32,000 bases of DNA from Candidatus Saccharimonadota bacterium (GCF_025273655.1 NZ_CP045921.1:750001-782000), one strand, 5' to 3'. Positions 16,630 through 27,174 are shown, numbered from the stretch's first letter. The notes: generated from the sequence alone by a model not told the origin. Program-made: numbers and translations.

Positions 16630-17925
16630 TTACACTTTTGCGTAATAAGCTGAAAGTCGCCGATACGGCTTAGATAGAAATGCCGCAATGACGATAGCGA
16701 GCATAACTAAACTCGCCAGCACAAACACCAATGCTATACCGCGCGCCTCGCCGTCTCCAAGTAGCCAACCAAATGCCGCCTTGCCTTCGGGCGTTTTCAT
16801 AAAAGGTATAATGACAAACTCTGCGATCGGACCGATCAAAAATGCACTGATAGGGGTAGATGCAGATTCTATCGCCTGCGCCAGCCCAAACACTCGGCCT
16901 TGTCGCTTGAGCGGCACCACCCGTTGGATGATGGTCTGTTCGGCCGCTTCGGCAATCGGCATGATGACCATAAACAACCAGATACCTATCGCGTACAGCC
17001 ACCACCACTCGCGAATCGCAAATGTCATACCTAGCAGTGCCACGCCAATATTGACCAGTAGCATTGTGCGCACTGGGTTTTTACCTAGGCCAAACTTCGC
17101 TACCAACATGCCACCCAATATAAAGCCGGTGCTCGTAATACCCAGTACAGTTCCCCACCACTCCACAGAGAAAAGCGTGAGTCCATATGGATCCATCAGC
17201 GCCATGAACACCCCGCCTACGAGATTGTTGAACGTCGTAAAGATGATGAGCCACCACAGACCAGGAATCGCACGAATCGCCGTGAAGCTCCCATGCAAAT
17301 CAATCTTTTTGTCCCCGAGCTCCGGGTCGTGCACGATATGGTCTTCGGGGATTTTAACAAGCAGCAGGTGTGCAAGCGCAAGGCCCGTAAGCACCGTTGC
17401 GATAGCCAACGTCCAGCCCATGCCGAGTAGGCCTATGGATAGACCGCTAAACACGCTTGTCACCATAAACGCCACACCTTGAACGGTGCCCACGAGGCCA
17501 TTCGCCCTGTCCCTGGCTTCTTTTGGCACGAGTATTGTCACTGTTGTCGACAACGCGATGTTGCGCATGTTTTCAATCACCCCGCCTGCTAGGATGATTC
17601 CTGCAAATAACCAGAAAAGCCAGGATTGCCAGTCGACCAACGAACTTTTGGGCGCCAATATGTAGATAACTCCCGCTAGTACAAACGTAGCAAACGTAAA
17701 CACGCTCGAATATACCATGACCGTCTTTTTCTTGTTATGATCCACGATGGTGCCGAAAATGATACTACACACCGCCACAAACAGCATATATGTACCGCCA
17801 ATAATCGCTGTCGCGAGCACCGATTTGGTCTCGAGATACACCCAAAACGTCAGCGCAAACCACAAATAGCTGGTAGTGACATTAGCGATGAGTGTATTGA
17901 TTAAGACTTGGTAAAAATATTTCAC
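16630..17925 (-). CDS. MFS transporter
   Basis: It has about 12 TM helices. The track ORF has no in-frame ATG near TM1, so I propose the GTG at 17925, 4 nt after the DUF2127 stop. That gives the N-terminus (M)KYFYQVLINTLIANV. Confidence 0.8.
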   Translation of the reverse strand: MKYFYQVLINTLIANVTTSYLWFALTFWVYLETKSVLATAIIGGTYMLFVAVCSIIFGTIVDHNKKKTVMVYSSVFTFATFVLAGVIYILAPKSSLVDWQSWLFWLFAGIILAGGVIENMRNIALSTTVTILVPKEARDRANGLVGTVQGVAFMVTSVFSGLSIGLLGMGWTLAIATVLTGLALAHLLLVKIPEDHIVHDPELGDKKIDLHGSFTAIRAIPGLWWLIIFTTFNNLVGGVFMALMDPYGLTLFSVEWWGTVLGITSTGFILGGMLVAKFGLGKNPVRTMLLVNIGVALLGMTFAIREWWWLYAIGIWLFMVIMPIAEAAEQTIIQRVVPLKRQGRVFGLAQAIESASTPISAFLIGPIAEFVIIPFMKTPEGKAAFGWLLGDGEARGIALVFVLASLVMLAIVIAAFLSKPYRRLSAYYAKV

Positions 17926-17929
17926 ATAC

Positions 17930-18436
17930 TTATTGTACAGGTTCGCGAGAGTTTTCGCGTAGATCTTGCCATTCGCCCCATACAAGCCAGATGATAAGCG
18001 TGTCGAGCAAAGTAAATAGCCACATGCCAGGCGACAACGGATCGAGCACAAGTACATACAGTTGGTAAAGCAGGAAGAAACCAAGCACAGCCAATGCGTA
18101 CGGATACGCCCAGACAATGCGGCGCAGGAGGCAGTAGACGAGCACTAGTTTGACGACACCGTGGCCTATGAGAAACACGATCAGAAATGTGATACCGTTT
18201 TTCGCCGCCTCGGCGTCCAGCCTAGCTACGTAACTCGCGATAAACTGTGCGGTGTGCCCGTCGTGCAGGTGCGTTGCCCGAAAGATTGCCGACAATGTCG
18301 TGTGCACGAGACCAGGTGCCACTAGCAGCGCTATGCCAGCAAACACCTCCATAAGTCCGTCGAAGCCCTTGACGGCAATACCGAGGCGATACGCGTTTTC
18401 GAACCAGGGAGCATGCCGAAGAGAGTATATAGCCAT
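17930..18436 (-). CDS. DUF2127 domain membrane protein
   Basis: The motif is ...AYRLGIAVKGFDGLMEVFAGIALLV. I prefer the ATG at 18436 over the adjacent GTG at 18439. Confidence 0.7.
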   Translation of the reverse strand: MAIYSLRHAPWFENAYRLGIAVKGFDGLMEVFAGIALLVAPGLVHTTLSAIFRATHLHDGHTAQFIASYVARLDAEAAKNGITFLIVFLIGHGVVKLVLVYCLLRRIVWAYPYALAVLGFFLLYQLYVLVLDPLSPGMWLFTLLDTLIIWLVWGEWQDLRENSREPVQ

Positions 18437-18443
18437 CACCTCA

Positions 18444-18449
18444 ATTATA
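18444..18449 (-). promoter_or_regulatory. -10 box TATAAT, 7 nt upstream of the DUF2127 ATG
   Basis: The minus strand reads gcgTATAATtgaggtgATG. Confidence 0.4.
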
Positions 18450-18599
18450 CGCCCTTTTCTGCTTGCAGGCTTAAAAACACTATGACATAATAAAATTCAC
18501 TATGATTCCACTGGAATCCTCTACTCACACATGTTCGGATGAGTCGAACCGCTAGTGACATATCACTTTTTCATTTACAATTAACTACGGGAGGTTCGC

Positions 18600-20381
18600 T
18601 TGAAACTTTTTAGCAGAACAAACAGCAGCACAACTAAAAAAACGATTAATATATACAAGGAAGAGCTCAAAGAAGATAAAAAGCAATTCATCATTGCGAC
18701 AATTCTTGTGCCCATGCAGCATCTGCTCTACGTTGTACTGCTCCCATTGATCATCAGCTTCTTCACACAGTCGCTAATCACCAGCTCGCATAATTTCACT
18801 ACACCACTGCTTCTCATAGGTTTTATGGCACTTATATCACTCATGGCAATTATCGTAGGACACTTCGGCTACCTTGCTCTTTTCAAACATGAGGAAAGTA
18901 TGACCACAAAGCTCACTGAGCGCGCGCTCACTGGCCTACTTCGCCATAGCCACAGTTTCTTCGCAAACAACAAAGTCGGCGCGTTAGCCGGTGACGTCAA
19001 CACGTTCAGCCGTTCGTACATGTCAATATTTGACACTATTGCCCTACAAGCGACAAGTATTGTTGTCAACTATACCGCTAGCCTCATCATTGTCGCATTC
19101 ATCGCACCGATTATGTTGCCTGCGCTCATCTTGTTAACCGGCTTCATCATCTACGACGCGCTTCGTTCGTACAGTGCGCGTGCTGAGTATCGCACTGAGC
19201 GCAAAGAGCTTCAGTCAAAACTTTTTGGTAATTTCGCCGATATACTCGGAAATCAAACGCTTGTGCGCATGTTCGGCACAAGTCGCCAAGAGATAAAAAA
19301 CACTGTCGCACAACGCCGTCATATAGAATCAATTGCCAATCAAGAAATCGATATACTCCAGCGCGGTGCCGAGACTCGCATGGGTGTACTGTTTTCGTTT
19401 CAGATTCTGACACTTCTACTATGTCTAGTCCTGATCACACGTGATGCACTCTCTATTGCGGCGCTGATATTTATCATCACCTATCTCGGACGCGTTACGG
19501 GCTCACTTTTTGCTATTAATGGCATTATAAGAGGGCTCGAACAGGCATTTCTCGACGCAGCGAAAGTTACGGAGATTCTCGACCAGCCGCCAGAAATAGT
19601 TGATCAACCACATGCCAAAAAACTTGAAGTGTCGCATGGCAATATCTCACTGAACGATGTCTCATTCACCTACCAAGATGCCAAAGATAGACCCGTGTTC
19701 AAACGTGTACAGTTGGACATACCTGCTGGTCAAAGTGTCGGACTTGTCGGCAAGAGTGGTGGGGGTAAATCAACCCTCACGCACCTGCTTCTCAGATATA
19801 TGGATATCGGCTCTGGCGAGATATCCATAGATGGACATAATATCGCTACAGTCACGCAAGATAGTCTGCGCTCACACATCGCTTATGTCCCTCAAGATCC
19901 CTATCTGTTTCATCGTAGCCTTTCCGAAAACATCGCTTACGGCAAACCAGACGCCACCGAGCCAGAGATTCGTGCAGCAGCAGAGAAGGCTCACGCAGTC
20001 GAGTTCATCGATAATTTACCGCAAGGACTTGATACAATCGTAGGCGAGCGTGGCGTCAAACTAAGTGGCGGGCAGCGGCAGCGCATCGCTATTGCTCGCG
20101 CAATACTCAAAGACGCGCCAATCCTCGTACTCGACGAAGCAACATCTGCGCTAGACTCGGAGAGCGAAAAGCTCATCCAGGAATCACTCGAAACGCTCAT
20201 GCGTGGTCGAACTAGCATAGTGATCGCTCATCGACTCTCCACCATCGCCAAACTCGATCGCATCATCGTGCTTGAACAAGGCAAAATTATCGAAGATGGA
20301 ACACATACTGAACTCCTGAATAAGAGGGGTATCTATGCCAAGCTCTGGAAACACCAAAGCGGCGGCTTTATCGAAGAGTAA
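18600..20381 (+). CDS. ABC transporter permease/ATP-binding protein (type I exporter, MsbA-like half transporter)
   Basis: It has six N-terminal TM helices, Walker A (GKSGGGKST), the signature LSGGQRQR, and Walker B (ILVLDEATSALD). It has a TTG start with GGGAGG 5 nt upstream. Confidence 0.9.
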   Translation: MKLFSRTNSSTTKKTINIYKEELKEDKKQFIIATILVPMQHLLYVVLLPLIISFFTQSLITSSHNFTTPLLLIGFMALISLMAIIVGHFGYLALFKHEESMTTKLTERALTGLLRHSHSFFANNKVGALAGDVNTFSRSYMSIFDTIALQATSIVVNYTASLIIVAFIAPIMLPALILLTGFIIYDALRSYSARAEYRTERKELQSKLFGNFADILGNQTLVRMFGTSRQEIKNTVAQRRHIESIANQEIDILQRGAETRMGVLFSFQILTLLLCLVLITRDALSIAALIFIITYLGRVTGSLFAINGIIRGLEQAFLDAAKVTEILDQPPEIVDQPHAKKLEVSHGNISLNDVSFTYQDAKDRPVFKRVQLDIPAGQSVGLVGKSGGGKSTLTHLLLRYMDIGSGEISIDGHNIATVTQDSLRSHIAYVPQDPYLFHRSLSENIAYGKPDATEPEIRAAAEKAHAVEFIDNLPQGLDTIVGERGVKLSGGQRQRIAIARAILKDAPILVLDEATSALDSESEKLIQESLETLMRGRTSIVIAHRLSTIAKLDRIIVLEQGKIIEDGTHTELLNKRGIYAKLWKHQSGGFIEE

Positions 20382-22727
20382 TTACTCATCATAGTGCTGA
20401 CAATACACGTCAAATTGCCGATTAGTTATGTACAGCGCTCTCAAGCTTTTGGTCGCGTCCGTCCAATATTCTCTTGGAGCCTCTCCCAGATGAGTCAGGC
20501 GCCGGCATAACAAGTTCACATTTATATCGAACTCGCGCGCGCAATCGTCTAAGGTGTATGCATCATCAGGACAAACCTCAACACCTTCTTCCTCATTCAC
20601 TTTTTCCTGTTGTGTAGCTTGCACCTGCGTAGCAAGTTGATTCAAGATGAACTCTCCATCACTTGGCGTATAGCCTTTTCGAAGACCATGCGGGCCAACG
20701 GCTGCAAGCGATTCTATCTCATGATTTTTCGCGACCTGCTGTATCAACCCGGTGCTATGTCCAGAGAAATTCGCCATATCGTCAAGCGTCATCATCTCCT
20801 CTATAGCCACCTGCTGCACCCCAGCAGCTCTCCTGAGTTTCGCGAGAGAACCGAACACCTCATCCACACGTGCCATATCCGGCATTACAGAATCATTGAC
20901 TTGGTTGATATCCAGTTTTGTCGGCAGTCTGCCAAGCGAACGCATGAGATCAATATACTGACTAACTATAACTCGCCGCGTGGCTTTGGGGGGTGAATCT
21001 AAAGCGGCGCCCCGCCTCCTTAGTGGCTTGTCGTGGCCTTGGAACGCAAGTAGTCGGACTGCATCTGCCAGCTTGACTGCACGCGCGCTACGACCATCAC
21101 GCCACGAGAGAGACGTAATTTCTATACCTTCTTGCTCTGCTGCATCCAAGAAAGCCTGTTGATCTGTAATGTAGTCATCACAAAACTGTGCCACGCTCAC
21201 CATCTCTGGACTGTTCTCAAAAAATCGCCCTTCGGACGCTCTGCGAAGTCGTATGAGCGAATCACCAAAAGGTCGAAGCATCTGCCGTCGTACATCGACA
21301 CCAACATACTCGTCCACTTCCTTGAGACTCGCGCGACTTGAGGCATATCCTAATTCACTATTGATCCATGCGTAAAACTTTACCGCGTGTTCAGGACTCC
21401 ATACCTCCTCACGTGCACGCTCTTGCTGCTCGGTATGTTGATTGAGTAGCTCGACAATATCAATAATATGACCGTCGAATTGAAATGAAGCCTTTGGCAT
21501 AATAACCTCGGGCTTAAGACGATCGATTGACCCGTCTGTATCCCGCTTCGCCAAATCACCCCGACGCACATCATGTACCATACTTTCTTCGAGTGAGCCG
21601 AGCAAGCGGCCAAGCATCTTGAGTCGCTCATAGCCAGCCACGTAATCAAAAACATACACCGTATCTTTTCCTTGTGCACGTCGCAAACCTCTACCAAGAT
21701 GCTGCAAAAAAGTCGCTTCCGATGACGTTGATCGCGCAAAGAAAATTGTATCAATATCTGGCACATCAATACCTTCGCCCATAATATCAACAGAAGTAAC
21801 TGTTCGCAGTTCACCCCGGCGAAAGGCGTCAAGTAACATGCGGCGCTCCAGTAGAGGTAACTTGGAATGAATAGCCCGGGCACCCGGAATAAGACTTGCG
21901 TAATGCTCGGCTTCTTCTATCGTCCTGCAATAACCAAGTGTCTTCGGGTCTTCAACATATTCACGCGATCGCCTCAAAAAATCCTCAACAACGCTCTCTG
22001 CGCTCAATGCAAAGTTTGGCTTCAAGTTTTTTGCTTTTACCGCTTCTTCGTATACCATGCCTACCGTGTCCTCCGGAATGGTGGCGATATAGTGCGGCTG
22101 AGCTAATATACCTTCTTGAATGCCATGGGCAAGTGATTTTGTGTATCGCTCATGTCCAAAAATGCTGCGAATATTTTTTCCATCTAGCCGGTTGGGCGTT
22201 GCAGTCATGCCAAGCAAAAACTGTGGCTCAAAATATTTGATAGTCCTGCGGAATGTTGGTGCCTCCGCATGATGCGCTTCATCCACGACTACATAATCGA
22301 AGTCATCGGGCTCGAATATCTCACGAGCATGCGCAAGTCCGTCTATAGGCGTATGCATCGACTGGAGCGTCGCAAAAACGATAGAGTTTGAAAGCGCAAT
22401 ATCTGGATCATTGTCACTACGAAATGTGTGACCTTCCACCGCATGGCGACCAAGTGTTTTTTCGAGAAATTTTTTTGCTTGGACATTTATTTCATCGCGG
22501 TGGCTCAAAAACAACACCCGCGCATCTGGATACTGCTCAAAATAGCGATCAAGGTCCAATGCAAGCATGACTGTCTTGCCAAGGCCAGTTGCCATATGGA
22601 CGAGGGCTTTCCGCTCACCACTATCGCGAACTCGCACCAACTCATTCACGCAGTCTTGCTGGTAACTTCGATATTCAACACCGGGTAATACTTCTCCTGC
22701 GGAAAGTTTTGGTTCACCTCTAATCAT
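20382..22727 (-). CDS. SF2 helicase (ResIII/DEAH + Helicase_C core) with an approximately 350-aa repetitive C-terminal extension
   Basis: The helicase motifs are motif I (MATGLGKT), motif II (VVDEAHH), motif III (MTATP) and motif VI (QHLGRGLRR). The C-terminal half contains internally repeated modules (see findings). Confidence 0.85.
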   Translation of the reverse strand: MIRGEPKLSAGEVLPGVEYRSYQQDCVNELVRVRDSGERKALVHMATGLGKTVMLALDLDRYFEQYPDARVLFLSHRDEINVQAKKFLEKTLGRHAVEGHTFRSDNDPDIALSNSIVFATLQSMHTPIDGLAHAREIFEPDDFDYVVVDEAHHAEAPTFRRTIKYFEPQFLLGMTATPNRLDGKNIRSIFGHERYTKSLAHGIQEGILAQPHYIATIPEDTVGMVYEEAVKAKNLKPNFALSAESVVEDFLRRSREYVEDPKTLGYCRTIEEAEHYASLIPGARAIHSKLPLLERRMLLDAFRRGELRTVTSVDIMGEGIDVPDIDTIFFARSTSSEATFLQHLGRGLRRAQGKDTVYVFDYVAGYERLKMLGRLLGSLEESMVHDVRRGDLAKRDTDGSIDRLKPEVIMPKASFQFDGHIIDIVELLNQHTEQQERAREEVWSPEHAVKFYAWINSELGYASSRASLKEVDEYVGVDVRRQMLRPFGDSLIRLRRASEGRFFENSPEMVSVAQFCDDYITDQQAFLDAAEQEGIEITSLSWRDGRSARAVKLADAVRLLAFQGHDKPLRRRGAALDSPPKATRRVIVSQYIDLMRSLGRLPTKLDINQVNDSVMPDMARVDEVFGSLAKLRRAAGVQQVAIEEMMTLDDMANFSGHSTGLIQQVAKNHEIESLAAVGPHGLRKGYTPSDGEFILNQLATQVQATQQEKVNEEEGVEVCPDDAYTLDDCAREFDINVNLLCRRLTHLGEAPREYWTDATKSLRALYITNRQFDVYCQHYDE

Positions 22728-22735
22728 TTCTCGTG

Positions 22736-22741
22736 ATTATA
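22736..22741 (-). promoter_or_regulatory. -10 box TATAAT, 8 nt upstream of the helicase ATG, with a TTGCGA -35 at 17-nt spacing
   Basis: The minus strand reads TTGCGAtgtagttgaatatatttTATAATcacgagaaATG. Confidence 0.5.
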
Positions 22742-22770
22742 AAATATATTCAACTACATCGCAATATAAT

Positions 22771-22810
22771 AAGAAAAAGAAGTGCTATCATCCTAGCACT
22801 TCTTTTTCAG
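22771..22810 (-). terminator. Rho-independent terminator downstream of rplY
   Basis: The arms aaaaagaagtgcta (22774-22787) and tagcacttcttttt (22794-22807) are perfectly complementary with a 6-nt loop. A T-run follows on the minus strand. Confidence 0.7.
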
Positions 22811-22821
22811 AGTCAGCGATG

Positions 22822-23535
22822 TTACTCGGATTTCTCTTCCGAAGTCTCTTCTTCGCTACCTTTTTCTGCCTCAACACTGTCTGCCGACGCATCTTCGGCA
22901 TCGCCACCAGCTGCGTCATTGGCAGCCTGCAGTGCGCTCGGTTCGTAGACACTGGCGATAGCGAGATCCATGATAGTTACCTCGTCATCTGCCGTACCTT
23001 CACGTCCGTCGTCGTTGTCCACGATCTCGACGTTGGTCGGTACTGTGATATCTGCAACAGTCAATTTATCTCCTGCTTCTTTGAGTTCGGCAATAGACAC
23101 TTCAAATGCTTCAGGGAGATCCATCGGCAACGCCTTCACTTCGATCTTTTCGAGTGATTGCAGCACGATCAAACCAGCTTTCTCGGCTTCGCTTTCGCCC
23201 TGACCAATCAGATGAATCGGAATCTCGGCATTTACAGGTTCATTAGCCTTGACCGCATGGAACGACACGTGGTTGATTGTGTGTTTCACTACGTCGAATT
23301 CGACATCTTTGATCATAGCGATACGCTTCTTGCTGCCAATGGTGAGATGGACAGGTGAGTGACTGCCGGCCTGCTGATGCACCTTCTTCAATACGTTGTG
23401 ATCTGCCTGCACACTGACAGGTTTCATACCTGGACCATATACTACCGCCGGTACGATTGACTGTTTGCGCAGCTGCGCTACTTTCTTACCGTGTACCTCG
23501 CGCTCGTCGAGCTTAAGTTCGATTTTATTTCCCAT
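22822..23535 (-). CDS. rplY: 50S ribosomal protein L25 / general stress protein Ctc, with an acidic C-terminal tail
   Basis: The N-terminus is ...REVHGKKVAQLRKQSIVPAVVYG. It has a two-domain Ctc-type length and the tail ...GDAEDASADSVEAEKGSEEETSEEKSE. A strong SD (aaaggagag) lies upstream. Confidence 0.9.
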   Translation of the reverse strand: MGNKIELKLDEREVHGKKVAQLRKQSIVPAVVYGPGMKPVSVQADHNVLKKVHQQAGSHSPVHLTIGSKKRIAMIKDVEFDVVKHTINHVSFHAVKANEPVNAEIPIHLIGQGESEAEKAGLIVLQSLEKIEVKALPMDLPEAFEVSIAELKEAGDKLTVADITVPTNVEIVDNDDGREGTADDEVTIMDLAIASVYEPSALQAANDAAGGDAEDASADSVEAEKGSEEETSEEKSE

Positions 23536-23582
23536 ATCTCTCCTTTCGTTTAGGATACTTGTTCGGAAATAACCGTAACTCT

Positions 23583-23588
23583 AGTATA
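23583..23588 (-). promoter_or_regulatory. -10 box TATACT for rplY (about 40-nt leader containing the SD)
   Basis: The minus strand reads tggTATACTagagtt, the same gTATACTAG context as other promoters in the window. Confidence 0.4.
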
Positions 23589-23617
23589 CCACTCCATCGG
23601 CAAACGCGTCGAATTCA

Positions 23618-23626
23618 TGCTAAGAT
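23618..23626 (+). promoter_or_regulatory. Extended -10 (TGcTAAGAT), 8 nt upstream of the dedA ATG
   Basis: The sequence reads caTGcTAAGATagaaaggtATG. Confidence 0.4.
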
Positions 23627-23634
23627 AGAAAGGT

Positions 23635-24306
23635 ATGATTCCTGGCATGGACCTACTAGACTTCATCAAACTTGTTGGCCTCCTTGGAGTGGCAGCAGTT
23701 GTATTTGCCGAGTCTGGCCTCCTCATCGGCTTCTTTCTACCAGGTGACAGTCTGCTGTTTACGACAGGATTTCTGGTACATACCGGCGTGTTGCCGTACA
23801 ATATCCATCTCGTTGTGCTCATCTTGTTCCTTGCCGCAGTACTAGGGGACAGTGTCGGCTATACATTTGGTCGCTCGACTGGCCATCGCCTCTTCAACCG
23901 ACCAAACTCGCGTCTTTTCAAGCAAGAATACCTCCATCAGGCTCAAGAGTTTTATCAAAAACATGGCGGCAAAACGATCATCATGGCACGCTTTATCCCA
24001 ATCGTGCGTACATTTGCACCAGTTGTCGCTGGAGCGGGCAAGATGGAATACCGTAAATTCCTCACCTACAACATCATCGGAGGGGCGCTATGGGCGGCTG
24101 GTATCACGTATCTCGGCTACGGACTCGGTGCCTGGTTCGAGAGTATAGGGATTGAGATAGACCACATATTGCTACCCATCATCTTTCTCATCATTCTCAT
24201 CTCAATCACACCGCCACTCTACCATCTACTCAAAGATAAAAAGAATCGTGACCTGCTCTGGAATGGAACAATACGCGAAGTCAAGTCGATGTTTGCCAAG
24301 AAATAG
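23635..24306 (+). CDS. dedA: DedA family (SNARE-associated/VTT domain) membrane protein
   Basis: The motifs are ...VFAESGLLIGFFLPGDSLLFTTG... and ...IMARFIPIVRTFAPVVAGAGKM. Confidence 0.85.
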   Translation: MIPGMDLLDFIKLVGLLGVAAVVFAESGLLIGFFLPGDSLLFTTGFLVHTGVLPYNIHLVVLILFLAAVLGDSVGYTFGRSTGHRLFNRPNSRLFKQEYLHQAQEFYQKHGGKTIIMARFIPIVRTFAPVVAGAGKMEYRKFLTYNIIGGALWAAGITYLGYGLGAWFESIGIEIDHILLPIIFLIILISITPPLYHLLKDKKNRDLLWNGTIREVKSMFAKK

Positions 24307-24345
24307 CAATCTCATAAACGAGTATGCTGCGAAAGTTGACGGTGC

Positions 24346-27159
24346 CTAAAGTAACGTCTTGAGATATTTGCCAGTAAACGAAGCTGCGACTTTTGTGAGC
24401 TCTTCTGGTGTACCAGTTGCCACCACAGTACCGCCACCGCTACCACCTTCGGGGCCCATATCGATCAGATGATCGGCTGTCTTGATGACGTCGAGATTGT
24501 GCTCGATGATGACCATGCTATTACCGCCCTCAACAAGTTTCTGGAGTATGCCAAGTAGGCGCTTGACGTCCGCCGAGTGCAGACCTGTCGTCGGTTCGTC
24601 CAGAATGTAGAGTGTCTTGCCAGTACTACGACGAGACAGCTCAGTCGCGAGTTTGATACGCTGCGCTTCGCCGCCGCTAAATGTCGTGGCAGGCTGGCCC
24701 AAGCGAATATAGCCGAGGCCCACATCCACCAATGTCTCGAGCTTGCGTTGCACAGCTGGTACATTTTCGAAGAACTCTGCTGCCGTCTCTACTGTCATCT
24801 CTAGGACGTCGCTGATAGTTTTGCCTTTGTATTTGATCTCGAGCGCCTCTTGGTTGTAGCGTTTGCCCTTACACACATCACATGTCACATATACGTCTGG
24901 CAGGAAGTGCATCTCGATCTTGATCATACCGTCGCCCTGACAGTTTTCACAGCGGCCGCCTTTGACATTGAAGCTGAAGCGCCCTGCTTTGTACCCACGA
25001 ATATTTGCCTCTGGTGTACTGGCGAAGAGCTCGCGAATCGGCGTAAAGATACCCGTGTAGGTAGCAGGATTGGAGCGGGGAGTGCGTCCGATAGCCGACT
25101 GGTCGATGATAATGACCTTATCAAGCTGGCCGATACCTTCGATATCATCGTGTGCTCCAGGTACAGTCTGGGCACGATGTAGGCGAGCAGAAAGCTCTTT
25201 AGCCAAGATGTCATTCACCAGCGTCGATTTGCCACTGCCGCTCACGCCGCTTACTACCGTCATCAGGCCAAGCGGGAACTCGACATCAACGTTTTTGAGG
25301 TTATTTTCGCGGGCACCACGAATGATAAGCTTGCGATCTTTCTCCACTGTGCGACGCTTCTTTGGCACCTCTATTTTGTCAGTTCCACTCAGGTAGCGAC
25401 CAGTGATACTGTCTGGATTTTTGGCAACTTCGGCCGGTGTACCCGCAGCCACCACTTCTCCACCCTTCACCCCTGCCCCAGGGCCGATATCAAGCAGGTA
25501 GTCGGCTTCGCGAATAGTGTCTTCGTCGTGCTCGACCACTAGCACCGTATTGCCGAGATCGCGTAGGCGTTTAAGTGTAGCAATCAGACGGTCATTGTCG
25601 CGCTGATGCAAGCCGATAGATGGTTCGTCAAGCACATATAGTACTCCTTGCAGGCCAGAACCAATCTGCGTCGCCAAGCGGATACGTTGTGCCTCTCCGC
25701 CACTGAGTGTATTAGCGGCACGACCAAGCTCTAGATAATTCAGCCCTACGTTGCTCATAAATGTCAGGCGAGATACGATTTCTTTCATAATAGCGCGAGC
25801 GATGAACTGCTCCTGCTCTGTGAGTTCAAAATGATTCCGGAACAAGTCCAACGCCTCATCAATACCAAGTCCGCAAATATCCATGATATTGTAGCCATGC
25901 ACTGTCACTGCCAACACCACAGGTTTGAGACGCTTGCCACCGCAGGCGTGACATTTTTTCTCACGCATGAAACGCTCGATATCTTTGCGCATAAACTCGC
26001 TATCGGTCTCTTTGTGACGGCGCTCCAAATTCGGAATTACGCCTTCATACGTGGAGTCATAATAGCGACCGGTACCGAGTTTAACCCTATATTTCTGATT
26101 ACCCGTACCATAGAGAACTTTCTGGATCGCCTCTTCGGATAATTCTTTCACCGGCACCTGTAGATTAAACCTATGCGCACTTGCCACTTCGGCCAGCTTC
26201 TTGAGCCACCATGCATCTTGATTCACACGGTTATACGGGCGGATTGCACCTTCGGCAATTGTCAGATTTGGGTTGAACACTAGCTCCGGATCAACTTCGA
26301 GCCGAGTACCTAGGCCAGTACAGACTGGGCATGCGCCTTGTGGTGTGTTGTAGCTAAACAGGCGCGGCTCGAGCTCTGGTATCTCGATATCGGGGTTGTC
26401 TAGCGAAGCGTAACGCTGACTGAGCATGTGCACTTCGTCCGTATCGGCATAGTAAATACCAATGATTCCCCCACCTACGTCGAGTGCTTGCTCGATACTT
26501 TGCGCCACTCGCGTACGCATGTCGGCAGCCATAACCAGGCGATCCACTACTATTTCGATGGTATGGCGATCGTTCTTCTTGAGCGTAGGGAATTCGTCGA
26601 GCGCATATACTACACCGTCGACACGCGCACGTGCGAATCCGGCGCGAGTGTACTGTTCGGGTACGTGAGCAAATTCGCCTTTTTTGTCTTTGGCGATAGG
26701 CGCTAGTAACATCAGTCGCGTGCCTTCGGCAATCTGCATCACTTCGTCGATAATGTCGTCCTTCGTCCGGCGCGTGACTTCACGTCCGGTAATAGGATCA
26801 TGGGGCACACCGATGCGGGCATAGAGCAAGCGCAGGTAATCGTAGATTTCTGTGACAGTCGCCACAGTACTGCGCGGATTGCGGCTGGTCGATTTCTGGT
26901 CGATCGAGATTGCCGGACTCAGGCCATCGATACTTTCCACGTCCGGTTTGTCCATGATACCGAGGAATTGGCGTGCGTAGCTACTGAGACTCTCCACGTA
27001 ACGACGCTGGCCTTCAGCATAGATAGTGTCAAACGCCAAGCTGGACTTGCCCGATCCGCTAAGACCCGTAATCACCACTAATTTATCGCGCGGTATCTCT
27101 ACCGACACATCTTTGAGATTGTGCTCTTTGGCACCTGTAACCCGTATCACCTCTGGCAT
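24346..27159 (-). CDS. uvrA: Excinuclease ABC subunit A
   Basis: The 937-aa product has two ABC ATPase modules ([18 protein letters not shown], 2x LSGGEAQR) and Zn-finger Cys clusters. Confidence 0.95.
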   Translation of the reverse strand: MPEVIRVTGAKEHNLKDVSVEIPRDKLVVITGLSGSGKSSLAFDTIYAEGQRRYVESLSSYARQFLGIMDKPDVESIDGLSPAISIDQKSTSRNPRSTVATVTEIYDYLRLLYARIGVPHDPITGREVTRRTKDDIIDEVMQIAEGTRLMLLAPIAKDKKGEFAHVPEQYTRAGFARARVDGVVYALDEFPTLKKNDRHTIEIVVDRLVMAADMRTRVAQSIEQALDVGGGIIGIYYADTDEVHMLSQRYASLDNPDIEIPELEPRLFSYNTPQGACPVCTGLGTRLEVDPELVFNPNLTIAEGAIRPYNRVNQDAWWLKKLAEVASAHRFNLQVPVKELSEEAIQKVLYGTGNQKYRVKLGTGRYYDSTYEGVIPNLERRHKETDSEFMRKDIERFMREKKCHACGGKRLKPVVLAVTVHGYNIMDICGLGIDEALDLFRNHFELTEQEQFIARAIMKEIVSRLTFMSNVGLNYLELGRAANTLSGGEAQRIRLATQIGSGLQGVLYVLDEPSIGLHQRDNDRLIATLKRLRDLGNTVLVVEHDEDTIREADYLLDIGPGAGVKGGEVVAAGTPAEVAKNPDSITGRYLSGTDKIEVPKKRRTVEKDRKLIIRGARENNLKNVDVEFPLGLMTVVSGVSGSGKSTLVNDILAKELSARLHRAQTVPGAHDDIEGIGQLDKVIIIDQSAIGRTPRSNPATYTGIFTPIRELFASTPEANIRGYKAGRFSFNVKGGRCENCQGDGMIKIEMHFLPDVYVTCDVCKGKRYNQEALEIKYKGKTISDVLEMTVETAAEFFENVPAVQRKLETLVDVGLGYIRLGQPATTFSGGEAQRIKLATELSRRSTGKTLYILDEPTTGLHSADVKRLLGILQKLVEGGNSMVIIEHNLDVIKTADHLIDMGPEGGSGGGTVVATGTPEELTKVAASFTGKYLKTLL

Positions 27160-27168
27160 ATCTGTACT

Positions 27169-27174
27169 AGTATA
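27169..27174 (-). promoter_or_regulatory. -10 box TATACT, 9 nt upstream of the uvrA ATG
   Basis: The minus strand reads tggTATACTagtacagatATG, with no SD. Confidence 0.45.

Noticed and set aside
16688-17482. Long antisense or overlapping ORFs inside real genes: 16688-17482 (+) in the MFS gene, 7766-8347 (+) in gnd, 21380-21883 (-) off-frame in the helicase, 6408-6857 (+) in uvrC, and 9216-9591 (+) in the LiaF-like gene.
   Set aside because: Each is fully embedded in a gene with strong family motifs. They have low-complexity or Ser/Arg/Pro-rich products, no SD or promoter context, and no recognisable domains.
18450-18602. The 150-nt region upstream of the ABC exporter, as a riboswitch or attenuator (extended -10 TGaCATAAT at about 18483-18491).
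   Set aside because: I found only short stems: gattcc-act-ggaatc at 18504-18518, and gttcg/cgaac at 18533-18549 with alternative pairing of cgaacc to ggttcg at 18593-18598 next to the SD. At 5-6 bp these are expected by chance, and I recognise no known riboswitch core.
22822-22960. Acidic low-complexity C-terminal tail of L25/Ctc, as a separate feature or repeat.
   Set aside because: It is continuous with the rplY frame. It is not a nucleotide tandem repeat, and acidic tails on Ctc-type L25 proteins are not unusual.
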